64,000 bases of DNA, taken from Deferribacterales bacterium (lineage in GTDB: Bacteria > Chrysiogenota > Deferribacteres > Deferribacterales > Geovibrionaceae). Under the pieces are notes generated by a model. The model did not search any database. It was not told the origin of the DNA and saw only the letters and a program-made list of their open reading frames with translations. The position numbers and the translations under genes were made by a program. Numbering within the stretch: the stretch's first letter is position 1; every line of letters begins with the position of its first letter. The DNA is taken from the NCBI GenBank assembly GCA_050253075.1, contig JBFWJS010000004.1:64001-128000 (forward strand), given 5' to 3'. Positions 40,113-50,714 of this stretch are shown here, piece by piece.

Positions 40113-41258
40113 ATGACTGATAATTCGAATTACAAGAGGACAGCATTTTTACTGTCCTCTTTTTTCTTTCTGCACTATGCCACACTGGGCATCATATTCC
40201 CCTTCACAGGATACTATTTTAAGCTGGCGGGCTTTTCAGGTACGGAGATAGGCATATTCCTGTCCATCTTCCCACTTGTAAAGTTTCTGCTGACAGCCAG
40301 ATGGCTTCACTTCTTTTCAAAGGTGAAGAATAAGAATCTATTCGTGGCAGCCTGCGTGGTGATATCCACCTTCGCCATATTTCCACTGACACTGACAAAC
40401 AACAGGCTCCTCGTGGGTCTGATACTCTTCATATTCTCTGTCACACGCACGGGCGTTATCCCCGTCATAGACAGCATAGCCGTGTCGATGGACTCACACA
40501 TCCCATACGGCAGGATACGTCTCTTCGGCTCCATAGGCTTCATATGCACATCCATCATCGGCGGTATGCTGATGGACAAGATCGGCCCCAGCGCATTCGT
40601 ATGGACATACACGGCAGCAGGTCTCCTCGCCGCCGTGCCCGCTTTCCTCACTGATTATTCAGGAGATTTCCTGAAACCTCGGTCAAAGGCGGAGCGGAAG
40701 CTGACGCCTGAGCTGGCAGTATTCTTCCTCGGGGTGACGGTATACCTCACCTCTTTCGGATTCCTCAGCAACTTTTTCAATATCAAGGTGTCCGAGGCGG
40801 GTTACTCACAAACGTGGGCAGGCTATATGTGGTCCATAGGCGTGTTGACTGAGATAGTCTTCCTTTATAATCAGGAGATAATACTGAAGATGTTCCGTGT
40901 GAAGACACTGCTCGCCCTTTCGATGTTTATGGCGGGTGTGCGGTATCTTGTCACGGGATATACGGATTCCCTCCTTGTGCTTTGCATATTTTCCACTTTT
41001 AACGGATTTGCCTACGGAGGCGTACACATCGCCATCATGAGATATATAAGGCGCTATGTCCCCGACAGGCTGAAGCTGAAGGCGCAGGGGATGTATTCAG
41101 GCTTTGGATACGGGCTGGGAACCATCATCGGATCGCTGATATCGGGCATAGTATACGACATCAGCGGTATTCAGGCAGTGTTCGCCGCATCTTTTGTTTT
41201 GTGTACGGCTGCAGCTATGATAATATACTTCTTAACAGGTAAGACCGAAGAGGCATAA
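40113..41258 (+). CDS. MFS transporter (MFS_1-like / HcaT-like)
   Basis: About 12 TM helices, YGRIRLFGSIGF motif. Confidence 0.88.
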   Translation: MTDNSNYKRTAFLLSSFFFLHYATLGIIFPFTGYYFKLAGFSGTEIGIFLSIFPLVKFLLTARWLHFFSKVKNKNLFVAACVVISTFAIFPLTLTNNRLLVGLILFIFSVTRTGVIPVIDSIAVSMDSHIPYGRIRLFGSIGFICTSIIGGMLMDKIGPSAFVWTYTAAGLLAAVPAFLTDYSGDFLKPRSKAERKLTPELAVFFLGVTVYLTSFGFLSNFFNIKVSEAGYSQTWAGYMWSIGVLTEIVFLYNQEIILKMFRVKTLLALSMFMAGVRYLVTGYTDSLLVLCIFSTFNGFAYGGVHIAIMRYIRRYVPDRLKLKAQGMYSGFGYGLGTIIGSLISGIVYDISGIQAVFAASFVLCTAAAMIIYFLTGKTEEA

Positions 41259-41522
41259 ATGAGCACTACCAGTCAGAAGACTGCAAAACTTTTGGAAGAG
41301 CTGGAGGCTGTCGCCACAAAGCTCGATATAAAGCTGCGCTATGAAGTGACAAAAGCGAGGGGCGGGCTGTGCACCGTGGACGGACAGCTCATGTTCATCC
41401 TCGACAGGAAATCGTCCAAAGAATACAAGCTGCTCATGCTGGCCCGTGCCGTTAAAGAATTCGACATTTCCGACATATACATCAGCCCGAAGCTGAGAGA
41501 ATTCCTCGATGAAGAAAGCTGA
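41259..41522 (+). CDS. Hypothetical protein
   Basis: 87 aa, RYE...GGLC.VDG...IYISP.LREFL; abuts the MFS gene and overlaps nth. Confidence 0.75.
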   Translation: MSTTSQKTAKLLEELEAVATKLDIKLRYEVTKARGGLCTVDGQLMFILDRKSSKEYKLLMLARAVKEFDISDIYISPKLREFLDEES

Positions 41523-42168
41523 TATCCATAAGGTATACGACATCCTCGAAGACGTTTATAAAAACATGGAGGAGCCGTCCGTAACCAAGATATCCAAACA
41601 GACAAAGCGTGACCCTTTCCGTGTGCTGGTGAGCTGTCTCATATCTCTCCGCACAAAGGACGAGGTGACACTCGAGGCTTCAACACGCCTCTTTGCCAAA
41701 GCAGACAACCCCGCAGACATGCTGAAACTCTCCGAAGAGGAGATAGGCAGGCTGATATATCCTGCGGGATTTTATAAAACCAAAGCCGTGACAATCACAA
41801 ACATATGCAGGATATTACTGGACGAATACGACGGGAAAGTCCCCGATGAGATAGACGAGCTGCTCAAGCTGAAAGGCGTGGGGAGAAAAACTGCTAACCT
41901 TGTGGTTGTGGAGGGGTACGGACGTGACGCCATCTGCGTGGACACACACGTACACCGCATCTTTAACCGTCTGGGGTATGTGAAAACAAAGAACCCCGAC
42001 AAAACAGAGATGGAGCTGCGCAGGATACTGCCTCAGAAATACTGGATACGCATCAATGAGATATTGGTGTCCTACGGACGAGAGATATGTAAGCCCGTAT
42101 CGCCCCATTGTTCAACTTGCAGATTGTCCGAAATATGTGATAAGGTCTCTGTAGACAAGCGGAGGTAG
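41509..42168 (+). CDS. nth: Endonuclease III
   Basis: LKGVGRKTA HhH, VDTHV.R, C-x6-C-x2-C-x5-C Fe-S motif. Confidence 0.95.
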   Translation: MKKADIHKVYDILEDVYKNMEEPSVTKISKQTKRDPFRVLVSCLISLRTKDEVTLEASTRLFAKADNPADMLKLSEEEIGRLIYPAGFYKTKAVTITNICRILLDEYDGKVPDEIDELLKLKGVGRKTANLVVVEGYGRDAICVDTHVHRIFNRLGYVKTKNPDKTEMELRRILPQKYWIRINEILVSYGREICKPVSPHCSTCRLSEICDKVSVDKRR

Positions 42169-42174
42169 CACTTT

Positions 42175-42630
42175 ATGCGTGGTCAGATAGACGAAAAAGA
42201 CAGACAGATACTCAACCTTCTGATGGAAAATGCACGGATATCCTATGCCGATATAGCAAAGGCAGTGGGTATGAAATCCCCCTCCGTGATAGACCGCATA
42301 AAAAGGCTGGAGCAGATAGGCATCATAAAGGGCTACAGCGCAGACATAGACTATAAAAAACTCGGCGACGACATCAACGCCTTCATCGGCGTCTCCATAG
42401 ACAACGCAAAGCACATCGAGGAATTCGAGCAGCAGCTCAAAGACATCGACCCCGACGTAATCGACTGCCACCACGTGACAGGCGACTACACATTCCTCAT
42501 CAGCGTCACCACCAGAAATACTCAGTCCCTCAGCAGCATCATCAAAAAGATAAGGAACGTGAGCGGTGTGGACAAGACAAACACCATGCTCATCTTCTCT
42601 ACCCTGATGGATAGAAAAAGACAGGTATGA
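42175..42630 (+). CDS. Lrp/AsnC family regulator
   Basis: DEKDRQIL..L.ENAR.S, RIKRLE..GII.GY, VTGDY. Confidence 0.93.
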   Translation: MRGQIDEKDRQILNLLMENARISYADIAKAVGMKSPSVIDRIKRLEQIGIIKGYSADIDYKKLGDDINAFIGVSIDNAKHIEEFEQQLKDIDPDVIDCHHVTGDYTFLISVTTRNTQSLSSIIKKIRNVSGVDKTNTMLIFSTLMDRKRQV

Positions 42631-43397
42631 CATTCACCGTAATCATCCCCGTTTTTAACCGCACATCAACACTTAAAACAGCGATAGAATCTGTCCTCTG
42701 CCAGAAGACCTTCATGCGGTACGAGATAATCGTAGTGGACGACGGCTCGGACGAATCCGTCATGCAGGCTCTGCGCCCGTATTTCAGCCGTATACGCTAT
42801 ATCCGTGTGGCAAAGAACAGAGGCGTCAGCGCAGCACGAAACCTCGCAATACAAAAATCAAAGGGCGACTTCATCGCCTTTCTAGATTCCGATGATATAT
42901 GGCTCCCGGATAAGCTCCAGTCCCAGTACCGAACCATGAAGAATGAAAAGACGGCAGTCTGCCATACGAACGAGTTCTGGTACCGCAAAGACAGGTTTGT
43001 AAATCAGGGTAAAAAGCACGAAAGATACGGCGGGGACATCTTCGACAAGATTCTCGATTTTTGCCGTATCAGCCCTTCGTCCGTGATGATACGCAGGGAT
43101 GTCTTCTACGAGTGCGGATTCTTCGACGAAAACATGCGTGTCTGCGAAGACTACGACCTCTGGCTGAGGATATGCTCAAAGTATAAGGTGAGCTACATAC
43201 CAGAGAAACTGATCATAAAACGGGCAGTAACAGACGACCAGCTATCTGATACTATTCAAAATATCGAATATATACGCCTCGTTTCACTCGCCAGATTCGT
43301 CAGATGCAAAGTTTTATCTCCTTCGCAAAAGCTGAGCGCAGTTAAAGAGATAGCCAGAAAGTACGATATTATTAAGGGCGCCGTCGATAATTTTTGA
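42627..43397 (+). CDS. Glycosyltransferase family 2
   Basis: VIIPVFNR, VVDDGS, GVSAARN, FLDSDD, EDYDLWLR. Confidence 0.93.
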   Translation: MTFTVIIPVFNRTSTLKTAIESVLCQKTFMRYEIIVVDDGSDESVMQALRPYFSRIRYIRVAKNRGVSAARNLAIQKSKGDFIAFLDSDDIWLPDKLQSQYRTMKNEKTAVCHTNEFWYRKDRFVNQGKKHERYGGDIFDKILDFCRISPSSVMIRRDVFYECGFFDENMRVCEDYDLWLRICSKYKVSYIPEKLIIKRAVTDDQLSDTIQNIEYIRLVSLARFVRCKVLSPSQKLSAVKEIARKYDIIKGAVDNF

Positions 43398-43463
43398 TCT
43401 TAAGGCACTTGATTTTGAACCATCTTCATGTAAGATGCGTCTGATAAAGAACTAGGATAAAAC

Positions 43464-45242
43464 ATGAAACGATTATTTATATATATATTGATAACAGCGG
43501 CTTTGGCCGCATGCCAGTCTCAGATAACAGGTCCGGAAGCGCCGATGAAAGGCGAGGCTGATCTGCAGGATACATTCAGATTCTCCAAATACGAACACCC
43601 CGAATTCCGTAAACAGATAGACGAAAGTCTCAGCATATATACAGTGGTGAAGAAGGACCACGAATTCCACTTCGGCCCGCACGATACAGAATACGGCAAG
43701 TATGACGTTATCCCGCTCGTGGAGAACAGCAGATTCGACTATTACGTCAGGCTCTTCACAGGAAACTACCGCAATGTTTTCCAGAAATGGCTCGACAGAT
43801 CAAACGAATATATATACATCGTCCGTGACATCCTCCGCCGTGAGGGCGTTCCGGAGGAGCTTGTCTACCTCCCGTTTACCGAGAGCGGGTTCAACCCTGC
43901 GATAACATCCCATGCAGGCGCAGCAGGCATGTGGCAGTTCATGAAAGGCACGGGGAAGATATACGGGCTGGATGTCAACTTCTGGGTTGATGAAAGGAAC
44001 GACTTTGAAAAATCCACGGTAGCGGCAGCACGCCACCTGCGTGACCTGTATGACAGGCTCGGAGACTGGTATCTCGCCATGGCCGCCTATAACGCAGGTC
44101 TGGGCAAGGTTCTGAACGCTATCAAAAGATACAACACACGGGACTTCTTCGTGATGAGTCAGCGTAAATACAGATATCTGAAGCTGGAAACAAAGGACTA
44201 TGTGCCGAAATATCTCGCCCTCAGATACCTTGTGAGAAACTATCAGGAATACGGCTTTGAGACACCGAGCGGTCAGCCGCAGCTTTTCGAAAGGGTGACG
44301 CTGTACCGTCAGGCAAACCTTTATGTGATAGCCAGCCTTATCGGAGTGGACATAGAATCTCTCCGTGAGATGAACCCAGAGCTGATGACGCCTATGACAC
44401 CGCCTGTGGAGGAATACTCCCTGCGCATCCCATACGGAAAGAAACAGCAGCTCGAGGAAGAGCTCGAACACATCACAGATGAAGAGCTCTCACAGTTCCA
44501 CATAGAATTCGCCCGCAAAGGCCAGAGCGTATCCACATACGCAAAGAAATACGGCATGACATCCAACGAGCTTAAGAATATAAACGGGCTCCGTCATAAC
44601 AACATACTGAGAGATACTTACCTCTTTATCCCGATACAGGGCGTGTACGACAACGAACTGAACTCTATGTTCGTACAGGAGCTGAAAAGATATAACCCGA
44701 AAGTGCACACTGTCAGAAGCGGCGACAACATGTATGCCATCGCACATAAATACGGCATGTCGCTCTATGAGCTTATGTCTCTGAACCGTGACGTAAACCC
44801 GAACAGGATACGCCCGGGGCAGACCATCATAGTCTCCGACTCTTACTATAACTCCAGAGCCAGCAGAAAGGCTCCGACCAGAAAATATGCAGCAAAAGCA
44901 GAAAGCAGAAGCTCATACAAAGAAATCAGCCACAAGGTGCGCAGCGGTGAGAGCCTCTGGAGCATAGCAAACAAATACGGCACTACCATATCACAGATAA
45001 AACAGTCCAACGGTCTGAGAAACAGCAATATCCAGATCGGCAAATGGCTGAAAGTACGCAACTATAAAGCAGCGTCATCATCAACATCTGCATCCTCGGG
45101 CAACGGTAAATACACCGTGCGCAACGGCGACAGCCTCTGGGCTATAGCACAGAAGTTCGGCACCAGCGTCAACAGGATAAAGCAGAAGAACAACCTGCGT
45201 GGAAACAACATCCACCCCGGCTCTGTGCTCGTCATAGATTAG
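43464..45242 (+). CDS. mltD: MltD-type lytic transglycosylase lipoprotein with LysM domains
   Basis: LAAC lipobox, ESGF, AAGMWQF, AAYNAG, ETKDYVPK, three or more LysM repeats. Confidence 0.92.
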   Translation: MKRLFIYILITAALAACQSQITGPEAPMKGEADLQDTFRFSKYEHPEFRKQIDESLSIYTVVKKDHEFHFGPHDTEYGKYDVIPLVENSRFDYYVRLFTGNYRNVFQKWLDRSNEYIYIVRDILRREGVPEELVYLPFTESGFNPAITSHAGAAGMWQFMKGTGKIYGLDVNFWVDERNDFEKSTVAAARHLRDLYDRLGDWYLAMAAYNAGLGKVLNAIKRYNTRDFFVMSQRKYRYLKLETKDYVPKYLALRYLVRNYQEYGFETPSGQPQLFERVTLYRQANLYVIASLIGVDIESLREMNPELMTPMTPPVEEYSLRIPYGKKQQLEEELEHITDEELSQFHIEFARKGQSVSTYAKKYGMTSNELKNINGLRHNNILRDTYLFIPIQGVYDNELNSMFVQELKRYNPKVHTVRSGDNMYAIAHKYGMSLYELMSLNRDVNPNRIRPGQTIIVSDSYYNSRASRKAPTRKYAAKAESRSSYKEISHKVRSGESLWSIANKYGTTISQIKQSNGLRNSNIQIGKWLKVRNYKAASSSTSASSGNGKYTVRNGDSLWAIAQKFGTSVNRIKQKNNLRGNNIHPGSVLVID

Positions 45243-45332
45243 TATCCAAACAAATATTGAACTACTTGTGTTAAATAAGTATCATAGCTAATATAATAGT
45301 TTAGCGCCGCTTGACGTAAAGGGGATACGAAA

Positions 45333-46289
45333 TTGGACAACAAACTGATAGAATTGGCAAAACACGTGTTTGAGCTCGAGGCGAAAGCAGTCTCTGCTCT
45401 TTCAGACAAAATAGACGAAACCTTCCTTAATGCTGTGGATAAGATATACGGACTCTCGGGCAGACTCGTGGTCTGCGGAATGGGTAAATCCGGCCACATA
45501 GGCAAAAAGATCGCAGCAACACTCGCCAGCACGGGCACACCCAGCTTTTTCATGCACCCCAGCGAAGCCTACCACGGCGACCTCGGCATGCTGACAGAGT
45601 ATGACATGATAATGCTGATATCCAACTCGGGCGAGACAGAAGAGATATTAAAACTTATCCCCACACTGAAACTGAGAAAGATCCCCATCGTATCTATAAC
45701 AAGCAAAGCGGACTCCACCCTCAGCAGGATGAGCGATTATAACCTAGACATAGGATTTCAGGACGAGGCCTGCCTGCTCGGGCTGGCACCGACCACATCG
45801 ACAACATCCACCCTTGCTATGGGCGATGCTCTCGCTGTCTGCCTCATGCAGAAGCGTGATTTCAAACCCGAGCACTTCGCAATGTTTCACCCCGGCGGAA
45901 GCCTCGGCAGGAAACTGCTCACAAAGGTCAGAGACATTATGGTGGATAAAAACCTGCCCGTCGTTTCCCCTGAAACGGCGTTCCCGCACCTGCTGCACAT
46001 CATCACAAAGTGCCGCATGGGCGTAGCCATCGTCATGGACGGAGAGGAACTCGCAGGTATCATCACAGACGGAGACCTTCGCCGTGCACTGCTGAAGGAT
46101 GAAAAGCCGAGGATAGATTTCAAAGCACGTGAGATAATGACCACATCGCCCGTCACCATAGACGCAGAAGAAAATGCGAGCTCTATCGAAGCACTTATGA
46201 TACAAAAGAAAATAAACGAACTGATCGTCACAGAAAACGGAAAAGTGGTCGGGCTCGTTCAGCTTTACGATATAGGTAATATCAGCTAA
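45333..46289 (+). CDS. kdsD: Arabinose-5-phosphate isomerase (KpsF/GutQ)
   Basis: GMGKSGH, ASTGTP, EAYHGDLG, APTTST, HPGGSLG, CBS pair. Confidence 0.95.
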   Translation: MDNKLIELAKHVFELEAKAVSALSDKIDETFLNAVDKIYGLSGRLVVCGMGKSGHIGKKIAATLASTGTPSFFMHPSEAYHGDLGMLTEYDMIMLISNSGETEEILKLIPTLKLRKIPIVSITSKADSTLSRMSDYNLDIGFQDEACLLGLAPTTSTTSTLAMGDALAVCLMQKRDFKPEHFAMFHPGGSLGRKLLTKVRDIMVDKNLPVVSPETAFPHLLHIITKCRMGVAIVMDGEELAGIITDGDLRRALLKDEKPRIDFKAREIMTTSPVTIDAEENASSIEALMIQKKINELIVTENGKVVGLVQLYDIGNIS

Positions 46290-46298
46290 GAGGTTTAT

Positions 46299-47069
46299 AT
46301 GCTTTATAATAAGATAAAATCCGGCATGTTCGTCATGGCGGGTCCATGCGTCATAGAGAACGAAGCAAACATCATGACCATCGCCGAAGAAGTTAAGAAG
46401 ATAAGCGAAGAGCTTAAATTCACATATATATTCAAATCATCATTCGACAAGGCAAACAGGACATCCATAGACTCCTACAGAGGCCCGGGACTGGACGAGG
46501 GGCTGAAACTCCTTCAGAAAGTAAAGGACACCTTCGAGCTGCCTGTCGTCACAGACATACACGAGCCTTATCAGGCTGCGGCTGCTGCCGAGGTTGCAGA
46601 TATTTTACAGATACCAGCGTTCCTCTGCAGACAGACTGACCTGCTGGTCGCCGCTGCTAAAACAGGCAAGATCATCAATATCAAAAAGGCGCAGTTCCTC
46701 GACGGAAGCGACATGAAATACCCTGCACAGAAAGTTGCCGAGAGCGGTAACGAGCAGATCATCCTCACAGAAAGAGGCTCTATGTTCGGCCCGGGCAGAC
46801 TTGTAGTGGATTTCACCCAGATAGTCGATATGAAGAAGCTCGGCTACCCTGTCGTAATGGACGTCACACACTCTACACAACGCCCCGGAGGCGGTGCGAC
46901 ATCAGGCGGTAAACCTGAGTATGCTCCTTATATAGCAAAGGCTGCAAAGGCTGTCGGCGTGGACGGATTCTTCTTTGAAGTACACCCAAACCCTGCCGAG
47001 GCACTCTCCGACGGCAGTAATATGGTGAGACTCTCCGAATTTAAAGAACTGCTTTCAAATACGCTTTAA
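46299..47069 (+). CDS. kdsA: KDO8P synthase
   Basis: AGPCVIE, FDKANRTS, QIPAFLCRQTDL, KKAQF, EVHPNP..ALSDG. Confidence 0.97.
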   Translation: MLYNKIKSGMFVMAGPCVIENEANIMTIAEEVKKISEELKFTYIFKSSFDKANRTSIDSYRGPGLDEGLKLLQKVKDTFELPVVTDIHEPYQAAAAAEVADILQIPAFLCRQTDLLVAAAKTGKIINIKKAQFLDGSDMKYPAQKVAESGNEQIILTERGSMFGPGRLVVDFTQIVDMKKLGYPVVMDVTHSTQRPGGGATSGGKPEYAPYIAKAAKAVGVDGFFFEVHPNPAEALSDGSNMVRLSEFKELLSNTL

Positions 47070-47074
47070 CAGGA

Positions 47075-47848
47075 TTATTTCGAACGTGAGATGATTGCGT
47101 ATGCGCTGTGGTTGTGGATGCTCTCCATATTTTCACTGGAGACCTCAAACCATGTGACACGGTCGTGGTTCATCAGCTTTCCCGCTGCGTTTCTCACGAC
47201 ATCTTCTACAAAAGCGGGGTTTTCATAAGACTGCTCGGTGACAAACTTTTCGTCCTCACGTTTGAGCAGAGGGTAAATAGGCGAGCTTGCGCAGGATTCC
47301 GCCAGCTCGATGAGCTCTTCTATCCATATCATCTTTTTCATACGCACACTTATGGAGACATAGCTTCTCTGATTATGAGCACCGTATGAGCTGATCTCCT
47401 TCGAACAAGGGCAAAGAGTCATCACAGGCACCTTTACGGTGAGAATCTGGTCGTGCTTCCCGTGCATATCGGAGGAGCCGAAGTACTGGCACTGATAGTC
47501 CATCACGGCTTCCTGCCCTGTGACGGGCGCCTTCTTTTTCATGAAATAGTCAAAGCTGAGCTCGATGAACGCCTCTTCACTGTCTAGGGTTTCCTTCATT
47601 TCTTTCAGGATGTCGCCTATGGTGCTGAGGTTGATATCTGATGAACGTCTGCTGAGTATCTCAACAAATCGGGACATATGTGTGCCTTTGAAATTATGAG
47701 GCAGTTTCACATACATGTTGATAAGGGCGACCGTGTGCTGGCTGCCCCTCTCTTTATCAGAAAGCACGATGGGATACTTGATATCCTTTATCCCCACCTT
47801 ATCTATATCAAGATTACGCGGGTCGTGCTGGCTCTGTATATCTTTCAA
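47075..47848 (-). CDS. folE2: GTP cyclohydrolase FolE2 (type IB)
   Basis: DIQS, KGTHMSRF, TLCPCSKEIS.YGAHNQRS, KREDEK, ESIHNH. Confidence 0.96.
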   Translation of the reverse strand: MKDIQSQHDPRNLDIDKVGIKDIKYPIVLSDKERGSQHTVALINMYVKLPHNFKGTHMSRFVEILSRRSSDINLSTIGDILKEMKETLDSEEAFIELSFDYFMKKKAPVTGQEAVMDYQCQYFGSSDMHGKHDQILTVKVPVMTLCPCSKEISSYGAHNQRSYVSISVRMKKMIWIEELIELAESCASSPIYPLLKREDEKFVTEQSYENPAFVEDVVRNAAGKLMNHDRVTWFEVSSENMESIHNHSAYAIISRSK

Positions 47849-47850
47849 TA

Positions 47851-48573
47851 TTATCTTCTCTTCATGCGCTGGTTCATGAGGAACTGCTGATACTGCTGTC
47901 CGCCCTGAGGGTTTTTACCGCCGAGGTGCATCTGAAGCCAGTAGTTGCCGTAGTTCTGCATTTTCAGCTTTTTGCCGTTTTTCACAGCGTCGAGGTTAGA
48001 GCTGAGTCTTTCGTCGATAGGGTTCTTCTCCACACCCTTAGTGAGCACTTCCATAGCTTTCTCTTTCTCGCCCTTTTCCATGAGGAACCAAGCGTAAAGA
48101 GCATACATGAATGTCTCTTTCGGAGCGCCTTTGATACCCTTATCCATGACTTTCTTCACTTTGTCCATATCGCCTTTTTTATAATGTGCGGCTGCTCTCA
48201 TGGACATTGCCATCCAGTTTTTGGAGAAAGCGTTCTCGAGGTAAGGCTCTGCCTTGTCGAAGTCCTTCGCTGTGTAGTAAAGGATACCGATCTGAGAATC
48301 TATCTGCTCTTTCACCATGAACTGCCATTTTGCATATGTGTATCCGCTCTTCAGCTTTTCCACTGCCTTTTCGACACGTCCGCCCTGAATATCTTTCTCA
48401 ATGGATCTGAAAAGTCCTTCGAGCTTTTTAACGACTTTTCTACCGATATAAAAATTGAGACCGAGGATACCGACCACCATAATGAAAAGCGGCCAGAATA
48501 TCTGATAAGTAAGGAAATAAAGACCAAGTGCCGCGGCTGTTGATATCGCCACTGAAATAAGAAGAGTGTACAT
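47851..48573 (-). CDS. Membrane-anchored TPR-repeat protein
   Basis: Two N-terminal TM helices followed by TPR-like helices. Confidence 0.75.
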   Translation of the reverse strand: MYTLLISVAISTAAALGLYFLTYQIFWPLFIMVVGILGLNFYIGRKVVKKLEGLFRSIEKDIQGGRVEKAVEKLKSGYTYAKWQFMVKEQIDSQIGILYYTAKDFDKAEPYLENAFSKNWMAMSMRAAAHYKKGDMDKVKKVMDKGIKGAPKETFMYALYAWFLMEKGEKEKAMEVLTKGVEKNPIDERLSSNLDAVKNGKKLKMQNYGNYWLQMHLGGKNPQGGQQYQQFLMNQRMKRR

Positions 48574-48676
48574 CTATGTTTCTCCTGAAAGTTTTCAAAA
48601 TCTGGTTTGGAGGCAAGATTATATCATTCGCTCATATTTTTTCAAGAAATTACTTTTACGGGTGACATCATTTAAA

Positions 48677-48750
48677 GTCATTCTGAACGAACAGTGTGAG
48701 TGAAAAATCCGTGTAAGAGATATCCGGATACTTATGCAGACATCAGGATA
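48677..48750. repeat. REP-like element
   Basis: gtcattctgaacg...gtgaaaaatcc...ggatactt...tcaggata. Confidence 0.6.
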
Positions 48751-48759
48751 AATGAAAGA

Positions 48760-49095
48760 TCAGCAGAAAGCGTTTGTAATATGCGTTATTTCGTCGCCGT
48801 CGATGGAGACAACATCAAACTGTGCCGGACATTCGCCCTTTTCTGCCATGTATGCCTCGGCGGTTTTTATCAGCTTTGTCTGCTTTGCCTGACCGACAGC
48901 CTCATACCCCATACCGAATCTGGCGGAGCTTCGTGCCTTTACCTCGATAAAGTGCGTCACGCCGTCCTTTTTGGCTATGATGTCTATCTCTCCGAACTTA
49001 GAGCGGTAGTTCAGCTCCACCACGTGATATCCGTTACGTTTGAGATATCTTGCGGCGGTCTTCTCCCCCTTTCTGCCGGCGAGGATATGCCTCAT
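48760..49095 (-). CDS. yraN: YraN family endonuclease-like protein
   Basis: G..GE..A..YL, NYR...GEIDII, FIEVKAR, FDVV; follows rnhB. Confidence 0.93.
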   Translation of the reverse strand: MRHILAGRKGEKTAARYLKRNGYHVVELNYRSKFGEIDIIAKKDGVTHFIEVKARSSARFGMGYEAVGQAKQTKLIKTAEAYMAEKGECPAQFDVVSIDGDEITHITNAFC

Positions 49096-49646
49096 TTTAT
49101 AAAATTCCCGCAGAATGAGCGTCTGTGCAGAGGGGTCAGACCTATCTCTTTTATCTTTTCGATGTGAATCTTGGCTCCGTAGCCTTTGTTTGAGTACCAG
49201 TTATACTCGGGATAGTCTATGTGGTGCTTTGTCATCAGGGCATCACGATAGACCTTTGCGATAATGGAGGCCGCAGCCACACACTGAAACTTGTCCTCTG
49301 CCTTGAACGGGTTCTCCAGAGGCACTTTCACATTTTCCAGCTTTACAGCGTCCACGATTATCTTGTCGTAGGGCACTGTTATCTGCTCGAGGGCTATCAT
49401 CATAGCCTTCTTTGTGCTGGGCACAATGCCGAACTCGTCTATCTCTTCACTGCTGACGGCGCCTATGCCGAATGCGAGGGCATTGGCACGCACGACACCG
49501 TCCATGAGCTTGCGTTTCTTTTCGGATATCTTTTTCGAATCGACCAGACGGTCGTCTGAAAAATCAACGGGCAGAAGCACCGCAGCAGCCACGACAGGCC
49601 CCGCCAGACATCCTCTGCCTACCTCGTCTATCCCTACTATCAGCAT
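49092..49646 (-). CDS. rnhB: Ribonuclease HII
   Basis: GIDEVGRGCLAGPV, DSKK, AASIIAKV.RD, NKGY, HRRSF; likely ATG at 49646. Confidence 0.96.
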   Translation of the reverse strand: MLIVGIDEVGRGCLAGPVVAAAVLLPVDFSDDRLVDSKKISEKKRKLMDGVVRANALAFGIGAVSSEEIDEFGIVPSTKKAMMIALEQITVPYDKIIVDAVKLENVKVPLENPFKAEDKFQCVAAASIIAKVYRDALMTKHHIDYPEYNWYSNKGYGAKIHIEKIKEIGLTPLHRRSFCGNFIK

Positions 49647-49647
49647 C

Positions 49648-50304
49648 TTAGCCTTTTTTCGCCTTAATGCGTTTTTCGATGTAAGCCATGATGTCTTCGA
49701 GACCTTCCTTTGTCTTGCATGAAACTTTGAAAACATCGAGCCCTGCATTGATGCCTTTTGCGTAGTTTATGCATTTCTCAATGTCGAAATCCACGTAAGG
49801 GAGCAGGTCTGTTTTGTTAACGATGAAGGCTTCGCTGGCACGTATCATGACAGGATATTTGATAGGCTTGTCCTCACCCTCTGTGGTGGAAAGGACTGTT
49901 ATCTTTCCGTCTTCGCCGAGGTCAAATTCCGCAGGGCAAACGAGGTTTCCCACGTTTTCAACGATCACGAGGTCGTAGTCGTATCCGAGGGCGTTCATCC
50001 CTCTTTCGATATCGGCTGCCTCGAGATGGCATCCGTTCCCTGTGTTCACCTGAAAGGCTTTCACGCCTGTTGCCTCGATGCGGTCAGCGTCGTTTGTTGT
50101 CTGCTGGTCGCCTTCAATGACGGCTATTTTGTATTTATCTTTAAGTGTTACCAGTATATTTTCGAGTATCGTAGTCTTACCGCTGCCGGGGGAAGACATG
50201 ATGTTCAGTACACATATCCCTTTTTCTGCGAATATTTTACGCATTTCTGCGGCTTTCTGTTCGTTTTTGGTTAATATCTTCTTTTCGACTTCAACTTTCC
50301 CCAT
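49648..50304 (-). CDS. hypB: Hydrogenase nickel-incorporation GTPase HypB
   Basis: SSPGSGKT, IEGD, GCHL, ENVGNLVCPAEFDLGE, KP.KYP, NKTDL. Confidence 0.96.
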   Translation of the reverse strand: MGKVEVEKKILTKNEQKAAEMRKIFAEKGICVLNIMSSPGSGKTTILENILVTLKDKYKIAVIEGDQQTTNDADRIEATGVKAFQVNTGNGCHLEAADIERGMNALGYDYDLVIVENVGNLVCPAEFDLGEDGKITVLSTTEGEDKPIKYPVMIRASEAFIVNKTDLLPYVDFDIEKCINYAKGINAGLDVFKVSCKTKEGLEDIMAYIEKRIKAKKG

Positions 50305-50306
50305 GA

Positions 50307-50651
50307 TCAATCCACCTCTATTTCAGTAATGGTAAGCTCTTCCCCTGTGAGAAGTTTTACCTCGAAGGAGCCGCACTTGCTGCACGCAAAGAACATCTCC
50401 TCGTATGTATCTTCCGCTCCGCACTTCTGACATTTGCCCGTGATAGGCACGTCTTCGATGATCAGTTCGGACTCGGCTATTGTCGGGTATTCGTCCTTTA
50501 TAGCATCATAGGCGAAGAGGAGCGCATCTATCTCGACGGCTGCCAGACGGCCTATCTTTGCGAATACCTTATTTACTTTTTTTGAATTGTTTTCCTCGGC
50601 TGTGTTTAAAACTATCTCAATCAAACTTGCGGCTATGCTCGCTTCATGCAT
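50307..50651 (-). CDS. hypA: Hydrogenase nickel metallochaperone HypA
   Basis: MHEASIA, CxxC...CxxCGS, GEEL. Confidence 0.95.
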   Translation of the reverse strand: MHEASIAASLIEIVLNTAEENNSKKVNKVFAKIGRLAAVEIDALLFAYDAIKDEYPTIAESELIIEDVPITGKCQKCGAEDTYEEMFFACSKCGSFEVKLLTGEELTITEIEVD

Positions 50652-50667
50652 TTTCACTCTCTCATTC

Positions 50668-50693
50668 AGATTCTTCGCTCCGCTCAGAATGAC
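50668..50693. repeat. REP-like element, right half
   Basis: agattcttcgctccgctcagaatgac. Confidence 0.7.
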
Positions 50694-50714
50694 ATCCTTT
50701 ACGAAGCAATTCGT

